Positions 25,649 through 39,189 of a stretch of 64,000 nucleotides of DNA are shown piece after piece. The position numbers and the translations under genes are program-made. The DNA comes from Octopus sinensis. Its lineage: Eukaryota. The stretch covers positions 30,256,001 to 30,320,000 of the forward strand of contig NC_043015.1 in NCBI RefSeq assembly GCF_006345805.1, read 5' to 3'. Under the pieces are notes generated by a model. That model did no database searches. It saw only the letters and a list, made by a program, of their open reading frames with translations, and was not told the DNA's origin. Each line of letters opens with the position of its first letter. Within the stretch, counting starts at the first letter, position 1.

Positions 25649-25750
25649 GTAAGCACCTTGTATTTTACACTCTTTGAACATATTGGAGACGTATAAACAC
25701 ATAGTGGATACACACACACACAACACACACACATACATACATACATACAT

Positions 25751-25782
<32 letters not shown>

Positions 25783-25910
25783 CACACATATATATATATA
25801 CACACACATACAGACATATATACGCATGCAGGTTGTTTTTATATGGTGACTACTGATAAAATTCATCAATTTTAATGATTTTTTATCCTTTAGTCATGTT
25901 TATATACATT

Positions 25911-25956
<46 letters not shown>

Positions 25957-26164
25957 TACACACACACATACATACATACATACATACATACACACACACA
26001 CATATATATCCATCCACATATATATATATATCCACACATATATATGCATATATAAATACACCCACACACCTATATATACAGACACACGCACATATATAAT
26101 TATGTATGTATGTATTTATTTATGTATGTATGTATGTGTATGAATGCATGTATGTATGAATGTA

Positions 26165-26195
<31 letters not shown>

Positions 26196-26740
26196 ATTTG
26201 TATGTATGTATGTACACAGTCAAATATACGAGACAGAATAACGTGTGGTGTCGGGTAGAACAGTTGTTTTGGGCCTTCTATTTTGGGTGGGAATTGCTTC
26301 TCATCCGCTTTATAGCCTAACGGAAAACAGAAAGAAAAGAATATTATTTATTACCTTTTATATAAGTTGTCCTAATCTTTCATTTACGCATCTGTGAATA
26401 TACACACATCAGATATATACATTCTCACGGGGAAGCCTGTACGTGAGGCATAAGGGGCTCGAACGGGACCAACGGCCCATCAGGCTGCATGCGGTTCCTT
26501 CATGTCTTATATTTTTCTGCACATTGTAGAATTATAATTATATAAACGTTATAACTTCGCAAAAAATTTTGTGATATAATGTTTTTAGATCCGTTCTGTC
26601 AATTTGAACAATTTTGTTTCATACTTCCTTAATTACTGACACTTTAATTAAATGTTAATGATTTACACCATCTAATAACGTATGTTGTAATATATATGAC
26701 ATATTGCGCTTACCTCCACGTGCGCTCCCCAACGACTTAG

Positions 26741-27535
26741 TTTCTTCACAACCTCCAGAAAAATCGGTATTTATTAATGAAATTTTCTACAAATACGCTT
26801 CACATGGTGCAGATTCCAATTATATCGGAATTTGTTGTGAAAAGAAAAAAAAATCCGTGGTTGGAGAGAGGAGTTTCGGAAAATTCACACGAGTCGACTT
26901 TGTTTCCTCATAACTTTCAGAAAAATGGGAATTTTTAAACGAAATTTTCTATAAATATCCTTCAGAGTGTGTAGTTTACGATTATATCGGAATTTAATAA
27001 ATAATAGTAAAAGGAAAGATTTGCTGGGCTCGCGCACATGCTTATAACTCCGAACTGAACCTTGAAATTTCGTGAAAAACTGTGATATGTGTCAGTATGT
27101 ATGTGTGTGTGCTCATGATTTTCCTTTTCACATCAAATTTCAATATAATCGTAATTTCCACAGTGAAATTCCGTCGAGGTCGACTTTGCCTTTCATCCTT
27201 TCGGGGTCGATAAATTAAGTGCCAGTTACACACTGGGGGTCGATATAATCGACTTAATCCGTTTGTCCCCTCTGTGTTTAGCCCCTTGTGGGTAGTAAAG
27301 AAATAGGTATATGTAAAAATTCCATTTAAAAATATCCATTTTTTTTTCCTGAAAGTTATGAGAACCCAAAACCGACTAGTGTGAATTTTCTAACACTACC
27401 ACCACCATATACACACACACGGAAATTTTTTTTCCCACGACAAATTCCAATATGATCAGAAACTACACCACCTGAAGAATATTTGTAGAAAATTTCATGG
27501 AAAGGTATCCATTTTTATGGAACTTGTGAGGAAAC
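26741..27535. mobile_element. Diverged foldback-like element (arms about 26741-26935 / 27315-27535) with internal subrepeats and an inserted SINE A fragment
   Basis: gaaattttctacaaata...atatcggaattt and gaaaattcacac...ctcataactttcag recur in inverted orientation; partial SINE A at 27166-27305. Confidence 0.6.
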
Positions 27536-28003
27536 AAAGTTAAGGGAACAATGCCTGTTGTGTAACGGCATTTGATGTTAAATTATTATTTATTTGGTGC
27601 ATGGCCCAAATTATGATGACCAATATCTCATAAGACCAGCTGTGGAAAAAGATTGTCCGTATCTAGGTGGTCGCATGAAGTGTTTCCAATAGCAGCCAAA
27701 TCTCACTCAAATCATATCATTGCGTCTTGAAAGAGGAAGGGTCGCATTAGATAATGTAACTCCTCTTACAGGCTACTCATTAAAAAAAATTATTTTTAAC
27801 TGGATGGTCACGGCTGGAATGACGTTGATCATGGGTCTGCTCTGACAGGACTGACCTAGGGCTGGCTAATCAACAACACTAATGAAGGCGTGTGGGTATG
27901 TAGACGCGTATATGTGAGACACACACGTCCACCCACCACACTCTCTCTCTCTCTACACACAAACATTCATATCTATTATGTGTGTGTGTATGACTTGTAT
28001 GTG

Positions 28004-28041
<38 letters not shown>

Positions 28042-28588
28042 GTATATATATATACCGGAGTAAACACATAAATGTGAAACAAGGTGGGAAAAAAAGAGTA
28101 CTCAAATACCAAGGGTAGAGTAATATGCTTTATTTAACGGGAACGTGAAACTCCGAGTAACATGTTTTGTCGAATTTCTGCTGCTGTTAAATAAAGTACA
28201 CATACATACATACATGCATGCATGCATTCACATACATACATACATACATACATACATACATACATACATACACACACACACATGCACACACACACACACA
28301 CATACATTATATATGTGTATATATACACACACATACGCTTTTATGCAACACGTTTGTTCTTCCTAATTTATTTATTTTATTTTTCATCTATTTTTTCTTC
28401 TTTCTCCATTCATTTATTTCCTTCGTTTCGTTCTCTCCTTCCGCATTCTTCTTTTTTTTTTCCTTGCTTTTTTCCCTCGTTCTTGTTTTCTTTCGTTTTA
28501 ATTTCTCTCAGATTTTAATTAGAAATTTCAGAATTTCGTTTCTATACGTGTAATGTTTATCTATGTACTCGTGTGTATGTGTGTGTAT

Positions 28589-29030
28589 GGATACATGTAT
28601 ATGTGTGTGACTGAGTTTCTGTGTTTCTGTGTGTGTGTGTATGGATACATGTTATGTGTATGACTGTGTATCTGTGTTTGTGTGTGTGTGTGTGTGGATA
28701 CATGTATATGTGTGTGACAGAGTATCTGTGTTTGTGTGTGTGTGTGGATACATGTATATGTGTGTGACTGTGTATCTGTGTTTGTGTGTGGTGTGTGTGT
28801 GGATACATGTATATGTGTGTGACTGTGTATCTGTGTTTGTGTGTGGTGTGTGTGTGTGTGGATACATGTTTATGTGTGTGACTGAGCATCTGTGTTTGTG
28901 TGTGTGTGTGTGTGGATACATGTATATGTGTGTGACAGAGTATCTGTGTGTGTGTGTGGATACATGTATATGTGTGTGACAGAGTATCTGTGTTTGTGTG
29001 TGTGTATGGATACATGTATATGTGTGTATC
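28589..29030. repeat. Minisatellite, 9 units of about 44-59 bp
   Basis: Each unit is anchored by ggatacatgt followed by atatgtgtgtgac..tatctgtgtttgtg. Confidence 0.9.
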
Positions 29031-29795
29031 TGTGTTTGTGTGTGTTTATGTGTTGGTGTCTCTGTGTAGACGTGTATTTGCGTGTGTAAGGCCTTGTGTG
29101 TATTTCAGTATCAGTCAGTATTTGTATCTTTGCGTCTATATGACTAATATACTTTATGTATAACCAATGGGTACGTGTACATTCGAGCGAAAGGGTAGAT
29201 GTGATGAGTATCCGTGTCTGCTTTTATATGGAAAAAAAATGGTATCTCTGTGACACTGTCTTCGTGTTTACAATGGTTGATTGACTACCGACATTTTGAT
29301 TTTTGCTTTTTTATTAGTTGTTGTTGTCATCTTTTGGTAGTCTTTTCTGTGTGTGTTTGAGTCTTACCTTTCTTTTTTATCTTATTATTGATTTTTGTTA
29401 TAGTTCAGCATAATGCATCATTTTCATTAGGGAACGAAGGAAGATGTGGTGGAAAATGAAATTGAGAGACATTCATACCTTTCTCAAGGACATTCCATGT
29501 TTATAATTAAAAGAAAAATTATTATAGCTGGTCATTACCAACTCATTTATTTAGTTTATTCTCAACATAAAAAATATATAAAAAAAGACATTCCTTTGCT
29601 CATTAATTTTTAATTACGTGTTGATGTGGGTTGCACAGGTCTGTAATATCATAAATTTTCGTTCTGAACGTTTAGGTTGTTTCTAGTTGTCTGGGAGGTC
29701 CTATGTTGTCATTGACTGACCTAAACACTATTAGTATAACCTCACCTCAGAATCACATGTACTGCAAAAGGAAAAAAACAAAAAAAATTATACCA

Positions 29796-29831
<36 letters not shown>

Positions 29832-29832
29832 T

Positions 29833-29870
<38 letters not shown>

Positions 29871-30491
29871 GCCTATACATGTGCACACACATCGTCGTCA
29901 TCATTGCCACCATTATTTTACATCTGCTTTTCTATGCCATCAGTAGTTGGATGGGTCGTCAGAGGACCAAATAAGTTCATATTAAGACTTTCTGACCTCT
30001 TGATTGGGTCATGGACTACATCTCACTTGTACATTCTGTTTTGGAATGTTTTCTTGAATGCTCTTCCTTCTGTCAACCACTTTACAGAATTTATCGTGTA
30101 TTTTCGCATGGCACCAACACTAAATATTTTGTCTTGTCCTTGGTAAGACTAAAAACGCCCTTCCTACTCTACACTGTCTCCATTCATTTGCCAACCACTT
30201 TAGAGAGAGTACTTGGGGTAATTTTATTGTGAGACTGACACAGGAGAAGTTATCCTGTCCCTGGCAAGAGTCCTCTCTACTCTCTTTGTTTGTGTTCTAC
30301 CCTTCTTTATTTCTGATAGGTGCACATGAACGAAGACACTACCATTTTAGTTCATCTTAGCAAGATATTTATTCAATGAGTGCTCAAAGGCTCAATTGAT
30401 AGTCAGGGGCATAAGGAGTTTCGGCACAGCATTTTGGTGTTGCTGATTTGACATGTGTCACTGATTCAACATTGACTTACTTGATATCAGA

Positions 30492-30711
30492 GGCGGCGAG
30501 CTGGCAGAATTGTTAGCACGCCGGGCGAAATCCATAGCCGTGTTTCGTCTGCCGTTACATTCTGAGTTCAAATTCCGCCGAGGTCGACTTTGGCTTTCAT
30601 CCTTTCGGGGTCAATTAAATAAGTACCAGTTATGCACTGGGATCGATATTACCAACTTAATCCCTTTGTCTGTCCTTGTTTGTCCTCTCCCTTGTGGGTA
30701 GTAAAGAAATA
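30492..30711 (+). mobile_element. SINE family A
   Basis: Full length; 9-bp TSD gatatcaga at 30483-30491 and 30712-30720. Confidence 0.9.
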
Positions 30712-31157
30712 GATATCAGACGTTTTAATATTTTTTCTTCTCCTCTCTCTCTCTCTCTTTCTCTCTCCCTCTCTCATTCTCTCTATCTGCATGTGTATAT
30801 TTCTGAGCATCCATGTGTGTGTGTGCATGCGCACACACCTCTAATGCCAAAATGTACTGCCGCCAAAACAGGTTGACTGTCCAGTTAGCTGTGCCAAGTT
30901 ATCAGCATCCACGCTTAATTGTCTCATTCCTTCTAGTGAGTGCTATGACTATGTTTATTTGGATTTTTTTTCTAATGGAAAGAATGGACCACAAATATGC
31001 CATGTAATAAAAATATGGAATATTTCCACTGGTTATTTCTTCTAAGTGTTTTGTTAACTATTCACTTTGCGTGATATCATTAAACTTAGACTGCTACTGT
31101 TTCATCTACAATATGTAGCTGTTATTAACATTGTGAATGTGTGTGTATATATATATA

Positions 31158-31290
31158 AAGTTAATCCAAACAAATATAGTATTATTGGATGCTCAGGAAA
31201 GAAGGAGGGTTTAACGTTTCGAGCGGAGCTCTTCGTCGTAAACATAAGAGAAGGGAAGACAGAGGAAAAATATCACCAACGGTACACACG
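31158..31290 (-). mobile_element. Short Penelope-like repeat carrying a degenerate hammerhead-like motif (31209-31243)
   Basis: Reverse complement of the 42835-43040 element; minus strand reads GTTT-ACGACGA-A-GAGC-TCC-GCTC-GAAAC-GTT-AAAC. Confidence 0.6.
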
Positions 31291-31293
31291 TGG

Positions 31294-31428
31294 AGGTGCA
31301 ATGGCCCAGTGGTTAGGGCAGCGGACTTGTGGTCGTAGGATTGCGGTTTCGATTCCCAGACTGGGCGTTGTGAGTGTTTATTGAGTGAAAACACCTAAAG
31401 CTCCACGAGGCTCAGGCAGGGGGCGGTG
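31294..31428 (+). mobile_element. SINE family C, 5' part only
   Basis: C head with A and B boxes, ending before any tail. Confidence 0.85.
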
Positions 31429-31886
31429 ATTTAAACAAAATATTTTCTTATAATTACAGCAATGGAAGCTGTAATTTTTCAACACATTTTTATTAATTGT
31501 ATTAAAAATGTGTTATTTATCCTTTACGCCATGACTGATATGGTACTGGGAATAACTCTATAAATTCTTCTTCCCTTTATGTCCAAAGCCTCTTTTTATA
31601 TCATTTACTGGTTAATCTCGATGTGACATGATGTGTACTGGGATCATGGGAAGACCAAGGGAGAAAAATTACTTTGTATGTTGTAGATGCACAGGAGCTC
31701 TGAGCAATAACATCACCCATGAAATAGATTGCCTCAAAAGTTCAGAAGGTTCCCTAAAAGTAGATGGTAGTTTCTATTAACTTGGTCAATAAAACTCAAC
31801 CATTTTTGCATATTGGACCAGTTTCATGCAAGACAATTTTTTTACTGCTCAGGGTATCACATGCATAATAAAATGCAATCATCAGT

Positions 31887-32228
31887 ATCATCATCGTTTA
31901 ACGTCCGCTTTCCATGCTAGCATGAGTTGGACGTATGACTGAGGGCTGGCGAACCAGATGGCTGCACCAGGCTCCAATCTTGATCTGGCAGAGTTTCTAC
32001 AGCTGGATGCCCTTCCTAAAGCCAACCACTCTGAGAGTGTAGTGGGTGCTTTTACGTGCCAGTCAGGCGGCACTGGCAATGACCTCGCTCAAATCCTTTA
32101 CACATGCCACCAGTGTGGGTGCCAGTAAAGCAAAGCTGGTAACGATCCCGCTCAAATGGTGTTTTTTACGTCCCACCAGCACGGAGGCCAGATAGCTGCT
32201 CTGGCAACGATCACGCTTGGATGGTGCA
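31887..32228 (-). mobile_element. Family D (RTE 3' end)
   Basis: (CAT)n-cgtttaacgtccgctttccatgctagc... Confidence 0.85.
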
Positions 32229-32540
32229 ATAAAGTGCATAATATATGATTTAATTATTACGTATATAATACATATAAATTACATATGCAGTACATAATTG
32301 ATACAAAAACACTGCAGACTGTGATAGTCAGTAGAAAAGAAATAAAATTTTGTAAGTTATTCTTTCTGTGCAGCTCAGTATGAAATGATTCGTGGCCTGG
32401 AACAGCTTCAGGGCTCATTGGTTGGGGACCTCTGACCTAGGTGACCTAATTCTCATAGGTGCCAGAGTAAGAAGAACAAGGCAGAAATGGTTTAGAGAGC
32501 TGTGATTTTGCATGCAACAAAACAGTTCTCTCTTCAAATG

Positions 32541-32850
32541 AAGGGCAGATTACATGATGCATGCATATGAAGTGCAATATTGCATGGTTGTGAAGATTGC
32601 ATATCAGTGCAGAATGAGGCCAGCATGCTCTGGTAAATGTGTAATCTTAGTGAAAGTGAACAATGGAATATTTATGAGCTGAAAGAAAAACTGGATATGA
32701 TGGGTACTTCCTATAGTGAAGAAGAGAACAGACTGCTTTGTCACAAACACATAATGCAAATGGATGATGACAGATAGCAAAATGTGTCATGGAAGAAGTG
32801 CTGAAGGCTGGTCGCAAGAAGTTGAACATTATGAAGATGATGACAGATCA
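32541..32850 (+). mobile_element. Old RTE-clade LINE ORF remnant
   Basis: KGRLHDACI*SAILHGCE...NEASMLW*MCNLS...ELKEKLD...NRLLCHKHIMQMDDD...; matches RTE post-RT motifs (LYDACV..MLHGSE, NEASMLRWMCN); contains stops and frameshifts. Confidence 0.7.
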
Positions 32851-33586
32851 CAGCAAGTTGTGAAATTCTGCACAAAAGAAGAATCTTTCAATCCATGCAT
32901 GCATGGAAAAGCAAATTTAAAAATGAGGATGCTAATGAAAATAGATTGATAGATAGGAACATATGGAGGACCAGTGATGAAAGAAACAATAAACATGTAG
33001 TATGAAGTTAAATTAATTTATTGATTGAGTGTGTATTATCATGTGTACATGTGGTGTGGAGTGGTGTGTGTGTGTGTGTGCGAAGGGTTTCCATTTATTC
33101 ATCTCATTATTGATAGCTGCAAAATTAATTAGATCTCTGTTTGTTTGGAAGAAATTAGCACGAAACACACTGGTTTTAGTGAACAGGGTAGGGTAGTTTG
33201 ATGCAGATTGTCTCTCAATTGCTTTCATTGTTTTTACAAGACCATCACTCCCACACCCCACCCAGCATCCCTACCACCATCACCACTTACCACTATTAGC
33301 TTTAATTGTTGGTGTTGTTGCTATCATTATCATCATCATCATCATCGTCATCTCATTATACACTTTGTGTGTACATTATTAATATAATTATATCTAGCAG
33401 AGAATATTTTTTTCCCACTTGTTACACCCCACTCCTTACATTGGAGATTTTGTTTTTTTCCTTTCTAACATTTATCGACTTCATTTTTCATGTAACCAAC
33501 AGTTTTGGTTAATCTCTCAGACTTCATTGGGCAACTTTGACCACTGATGGATAAACATGTCAAAGAAAGTTTGCTTTACTAATTAA

Positions 33587-33806
33587 CCCTTTCGTTACTC
33601 TATTTATTTTGAGATGTTCTGTGTTTCTTTCAATTACTTTAAATATAACAAAGAATTTAGTAAAATAACTTAGTTATCATTCAGCTTGTATTAGGAACAT
33701 AAATTGTGACTAAGGTTTGGTGGAAGATTTTAATTCAAAACTTATGAAAACAAGACATTTGTATTCAGAGCCAAGGCTGGTTTCAGCCGGGTTGGTAACG
33801 AAAGGG
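33587..33806. mobile_element. piggyBac-type MITE (220 bp)
   Basis: 12-bp TIR CCCTTTCGTTAC / GTAACGAAAGGG; TTAA on both sides (33583-33586, 33807-33810). Confidence 0.9.
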
Positions 33807-34012
33807 TTAAAGACTGCTGAATAAAGAGGCCTGGTTTGTGACAAGCTTATTCAGTCCCACCCAATCTTTTTTTATAAAAATCATAGATGTTCGTTTAGAA
33901 AACAGAAGAGTATTTCTGGAATAATGATGTATGTTGTTCAACTACGGGTCAGCTTTGATCCAGTGGACCATAGCTGGTGATTGGAAGGCCATTCAGCCAT
34001 AGAACTCTCTAT

Positions 34013-34207
34013 TTTTACTCTTTTACTTGTTTCAGTCATTTGACTGCAGCCATGCTGGAGCACCACCTTCAATCGAGCAACTCGACCCCGGGACTTATTC
34101 TTTTGTAAGCCCAGTACTTATTCTATCGGTCTCTTTTGCTGAACCGCTAAGTAATGGGGACATAAACCAGCATCGGTTGTCAAGCAATGCTAGAGGGACA
34201 AACACAC

Positions 34208-34302
<95 letters not shown>

Positions 34303-34466
34303 GACGGGCTTCTTTCAGTTTCCGTCTACCAAATCCACTCACAAGGCTTTGGTCAGCCCGAGGCTATAGTAGAAACAAAATTGCCCAAGGTGCCACACCG
34401 TGGGACTGAACCCGGAACCATGTGGTTGGTAAACAAGCTACTTACCACACAGCCACTCCTGCGCCT
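34013..34466 (-). mobile_element. SINE family B
   Basis: Full-length reverse-complement copy with an expanded central (TA)n. Confidence 0.9.
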
Positions 34467-34602
34467 ATACTAAAAAATGAAATGTATGAATAAGATGTGG
34501 TAACCGACTTGTCTTGGAGAGCAGTACCTTTGAATAAGAACTGACTCTCATAGTGACAACTCATCTTAACCATACCAGCATGGAAAAGTAAATGTAAAAT
34601 GA

Positions 34603-34636
<34 letters not shown>

Positions 34637-34903
34637 GATGGTGGTGTTGGAGGTGGGGGTGGTGGTGGGTGTGGGGGTGGTGGTAACAGTGACAGCAGTT
34701 TTGTTCTTGTCTTAATCATTCAGTTCAAAGTGCCCAAGGTGCAACACAATGGTCACTCATTGTGTTGTGCCTTGGACATTGTAGTACTCAAAGGTCCTTA
34801 CAGCCATGTGGTTGGGAAGCAGACTTCTTAACTACACAACCATACCTGCACCTTCTTAACCACACATCACAAGTGCTATAACTATATATTTGATGCTATA
34901 ACA

Positions 34904-35157
34904 TCATCATCATCATCATCATCATCATCGTTTAGCGTCCGCTTTCCGTGCTAGCATGGGTTGGACGGTTCAACTGGGGTCTGGCAAGCCAGAAGGCTGC
35001 GCCAGGCCCAGTCTGATCTGGCAGTGTTTCTACAGCTGGATGCCCTTCCTAACGCCAACCACTCCGTGAGTGTAGTGGGTGCTTTTTACGTGCCACCTGC
35101 ACAGGTGCCAGACGAGGCTGGCAAACGGCCATGATCGGATTGGTGCTTTTTACGTGT
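34904..35157 (-). mobile_element. Family D (RTE 3' end)
   Basis: Same terminus and (CAT)n. Confidence 0.85.
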
Positions 35158-36977
35158 CTTTACGTGTCAATTTATCACTGTAGTAAATTCGACTTTGGTG
35201 GGATTTGAACAACGGACATTAGATACAGCTTATCAACTTAGAGTGAGACATGCAAAACTGTGAGGAAGTGATGATGATATTAAACAAGCTGAGATCAATC
35301 CTTTCGTTGATGAGCTGGGAGAGAAACTAGACTGATCTCAAAGGGAAAGGAAATTAATTCAAATCAATAGCCTGTTCCTAATTATTTTCCTTAATGTTTG
35401 ATCTGTGATAACTTCAAACATCCTGATTTACTGCCACTGCTGCTGCTGCTGCTGCTGCAGCTTCTCCTCCTCCTCCTTGTACTACTGTACTACTACTACC
35501 GCCCACCACCACCACCACCATTACTGTCACCACTAATTATAATACTAATTATAAATAATCCTTTCTACTGTAGGCACAAGGCCTGAAATTTTCGAGGGAG
35601 GGACTAGTTGATTGCATCAACACAAGCGCTTGACTGCTACTTATTTTATCAACTCCAAAAAGATGAAAGGCAAGTTGACCTTGGTGGAATTTGAAACCAG
35701 AAAGTCAAGCCAAAAGAAATGCTTTTTAAGCATTTTGTCTGACACACTAACGATTCTACCATCTCAATAATAATAATAGTCCTTTCTATTATAGGCTGGA
35801 GGTATGAGATTTTGGAGGAAGGGGTATAGTTGATTACATCGGCTCCCAGTGCTCAACTGATGCTTATTTAAATAATAACCTCAAAAGGATGAAAGGCAAG
35901 GTCAGCCTCAGATTTTGAGCTTTAAACATAAAGATGGACAAAATGCTTAGCATCATTTTGTCCAGCATGCTAATGATTCTACCAGCTCATCACCTTATAA
36001 TATTGTATAACTGTTCAATATTTGGTAGATTGAGGCAAATTTACTGAATCACCTGCTATACCTCCGTGTTGCTGGAGTGTATGCAACATTGTGTGTTCTT
36101 TTCTTCTGTAGGGAGTGTGCAAACTCTTCCTGGTACCGTATTGTTAGCTTTCTTTCATTGAGGTGTGGTGCTGTCTTTTGTTGTGTTACTGCTTGTATTG
36201 TGTGTTAAGTGTGTAATGCTTGCTGGTGGGAGTTTATTTCACTGGGTAAATGCTGTACAGAGTAGTAATGTTTATAAGCCAACAGAATGTGGCAGTCCTA
36301 TAAAGGGCGATGTTACTGTTGTTTTAGACCCAGGAAAACCTCTTTTCCAGCTGGCTATCAACACACAGTCTGTGTCTGTATAGCATTTGCAAGGGAGGTC
36401 ATCTCTCTCATCTCTAGCTTTACGTGACACAGACCTGGGTTTCTAGGTGGTTATCTGTCCTCAGCATGAGACAATCATAGGCTAGTGATGAAAGTTTTCT
36501 CCACTCACAAATGCTATATTTTCTTTAAGTATTTTATTTTTATTGAGCTCAAAAAGATGAAAAGCAAAGTTAACTTTGGCAAGATTTGAACTCAGAATGT
36601 AAAGATACGTAATGAAATACCACTCGGCATTTTGTCTGACGTTCTAACAATTCCACAAGCAAAGTTGACTGTGATGAAATTTGTACTCAGAGCATAAAAA
36701 GCCAGACAAAATACACTCAACTCTACTAATCGATAACCCTAATCAGAATGATTTCTTATTTAGGTACAAGGTCAGCAATTTTGGAGTGGGGGTTTTGGTC
36801 AGTTGTGTCAGCCATTGTTCGCAATTAGTACTTATTTTACCAACCCTGGAAGGATGAAATACAAAGTTGACTTTGGCGTGATTTGAACACAGATTACAGA
36901 GGGTTATGATTAAATATTACAAGTCGTTTTGTTTGATGCTCTAATGATTCTGCCAATCCATTTATTGTTGGTGTTGT

Positions 36978-37377
36978 TGTTGCTGCTGTTGCTGTTGAGT
37001 GAAGCGGTCTTTGTCCCAGAGCTTGCAAGATTGCACCTCTGTAGTGGGAGAAGTCCGAAACATGGTCCTTTGCTATTCGTAAAACCCACAGAAGAGAAAG
37101 CAGGCCAACCCCCGACACCGAGAGCATCAACAGATGGATGAATGCGCATCCAGGCTCAGCAGTTGCGTAGGAAGTCGGGGACAAGGAACAGGAAGAAAGA
37201 GTGAGAGAAAGTGGGGGCAAAAGAGTACAAATGGGGTCGCCACCACCCCCTGCCGGAGCCTTGTGGAGCTTTAGGTGTTTTCACTCAATAAACACACACA
37301 ATGCCCAGTCTGGGAATCGAAACTGCGATCCTCTGACCGCGAGTCCGCTACCCTAACCATTCGGCCATTGCGCCTCC
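36978..37377 (-). mobile_element. SINE family C, tail type 3
   Basis: C head at 37377; tail with ttctgtgggttttacgaatagcaaaggacc, shared with 55336-55701. Confidence 0.85.
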
Positions 37378-37820
37378 TGTTGTTGTTCTTTCTGTTACTG
37401 TTACTGCTGTTGTTACTCTTATAAAGCATCATCATTGTCATCATCATCATCATCATTTAATGTCTCTTTTTCCTTGCTGGCATGGGTTAGATGGTTTGAC
37501 AAGAACAGATGAGTCAAAGGGATTTGGCATGGCTTTCACAGCTGGGTGCCTTTCCTCATACCAACCACTTCACAAAGTGCACTGGGTGCTTTTTGCGTGA
37601 CACCAGCACTGGTGAGGTCACCAAGTACTCACAAGACAAGACCCTTCAACTGAGTGTCGTATAGAATGGAGGGATAAGAAACTAGAATAGAGGAATAAGA
37701 ACAGGTGTCTTGCTGAAGAAGTGAATACGTGGCTCAGAAAAGAAATTGTATCTCAACATAATAGTTAATCCTTTACACTTTTATCATTACATTTTCTAAA
37801 TTAATTAAGAAATCAGATCA

Positions 37821-38361
37821 AAATCAAAATCAAATTCGATGACTGGTTCCATGCTAGCGGGGTGCAAAGAGCACCATACAAGTGTGATCGTTGACAGAGC
37901 GGCTAACCAGCTTCCGTGCCAGTGGTACATAAAAGGGCACCATTCGAGTGTGATCGTTACCAGCGTCGCCTTACTGGCACTTGTGCCCGTGCTAGTAGGG
38001 TGCCAGGAGCACTATCCGAGCATGATAGTTGCCAGAGCAGCCAATTGGCTTCCATGCCAGTGACATGTAAAAGGGCTCCATTCGAGCGTGATTGTTACCA
38101 ACGTCGCCTTAATGGCACCTGTGCCAGTGGCATGTGTAAAAAGATTCGAGCGAGGTCATTGCCAGTACTGCCCGACTGGCCCCCGTGCCGGTGGCACATA
38201 AAAAGCACCCACTACACTCTCGGAATGGTTGGTGTTAGGAAGGGCATCCAGCTGTAGAAACTCTACCAGATCAAGATTGGGGTCTGGTGCAGCCATCTGG
38301 TTCACCAGCCCTCAGTCAAAATCGTCCAACCCATCGGATGTTGATGATGATGATGATGATG
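37821..38361 (+). mobile_element. Family D with internally repeated modules
   Basis: Repeated aaagggcaccattcgag..tgatcgttaccagcgtcgcc modules, then the standard 3' end and (GAT)n. Confidence 0.85.
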
Positions 38362-39132
38362 AGTTCTATGTTTTACTTTCTTTCTATTTAAGTTTTTCCA
38401 ATATTTTACCCCAATATGTTATCTTTATATGAAAGAGGCTCCAATGTGACAATATAGTTTTATTTTCAATATTAATAATCAATATTAGGAATTTTTCATG
38501 AAGAAAATCACTTTCATATGTATTTTAACATTTGATAATAACGAATAATGAGGTTATGTGTGTGTATATATGTTTGTGGGTGGTTGCTGTTGCTGCTGAT
38601 CATGATGATAACGATGGTAGTTGGTGGTAGTAGCAGGAGTTGTGATGGTGTTGTTGTTGTTGTCATCATTGATGATAATGATGATGATGATGATGATGGG
38701 TGGGGCGGGGGTGGAGATGGAGATTGTGTTGATGCGGATGATTTTCAGGACTGCAAAGACAACAACAATGATGATGACATTGGTTATGATGGTGATGAAG
38801 ATGATTATGAAAACAACCGTGATGACGTCAATGATAACGGCAAGGGTGATGATAATGATGATGATGGTGGTAATAGTGGTGATGGTGGTTGTGATGGTGA
38901 TACTGATGATGATAATGATTATTTCATGTCATAATTAATCCTATTTTTACTGCAATATTCTACAAATGATTTAGTTTTCCCATTTACTTCACTGTACTGA
39001 GTTAATTAAAGGACATAAACATTTAAAAAAAAAAAATTTGTTGAGATTTTTAGTGTCAATGCTTAGCCGTCATCAGTATTTATGGTGTTGAAATAGATGT
39101 GTTATATAAGCTTTTGGTCACTGATAGAGGAC

Positions 39133-39189
39133 CTGTTAACATTCCAAGATCGTCTGGTATTCTGTTAACATTCCAAGATCATCTGGTAT
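39133..39189. repeat. 29-bp tandem duplication
   Basis: ctgttaacattccaagatc(g/a)tctggtat occurs twice. Confidence 0.85.

Noticed and set aside
28589-29030. Regularly spaced conserved motif superficially like a CRISPR array
   Set aside because: The spacers are near-identical GT-rich sequence rather than unique; this is a eukaryotic minisatellite with no cas genes.
31687-31766. Phase-2-compatible candidate second exon (RCTGALSNNITHEIDCLKSSEGSLKVD); similar candidates at 36112-36162 and after the strong acceptor near 30320
   Set aside because: Weak donors. The 31.7-kb segment follows a GRPR-like RTE remnant, and the 30.3-kb one gives an immediate stop in phase 2. They cannot be told from chance without RNA data.
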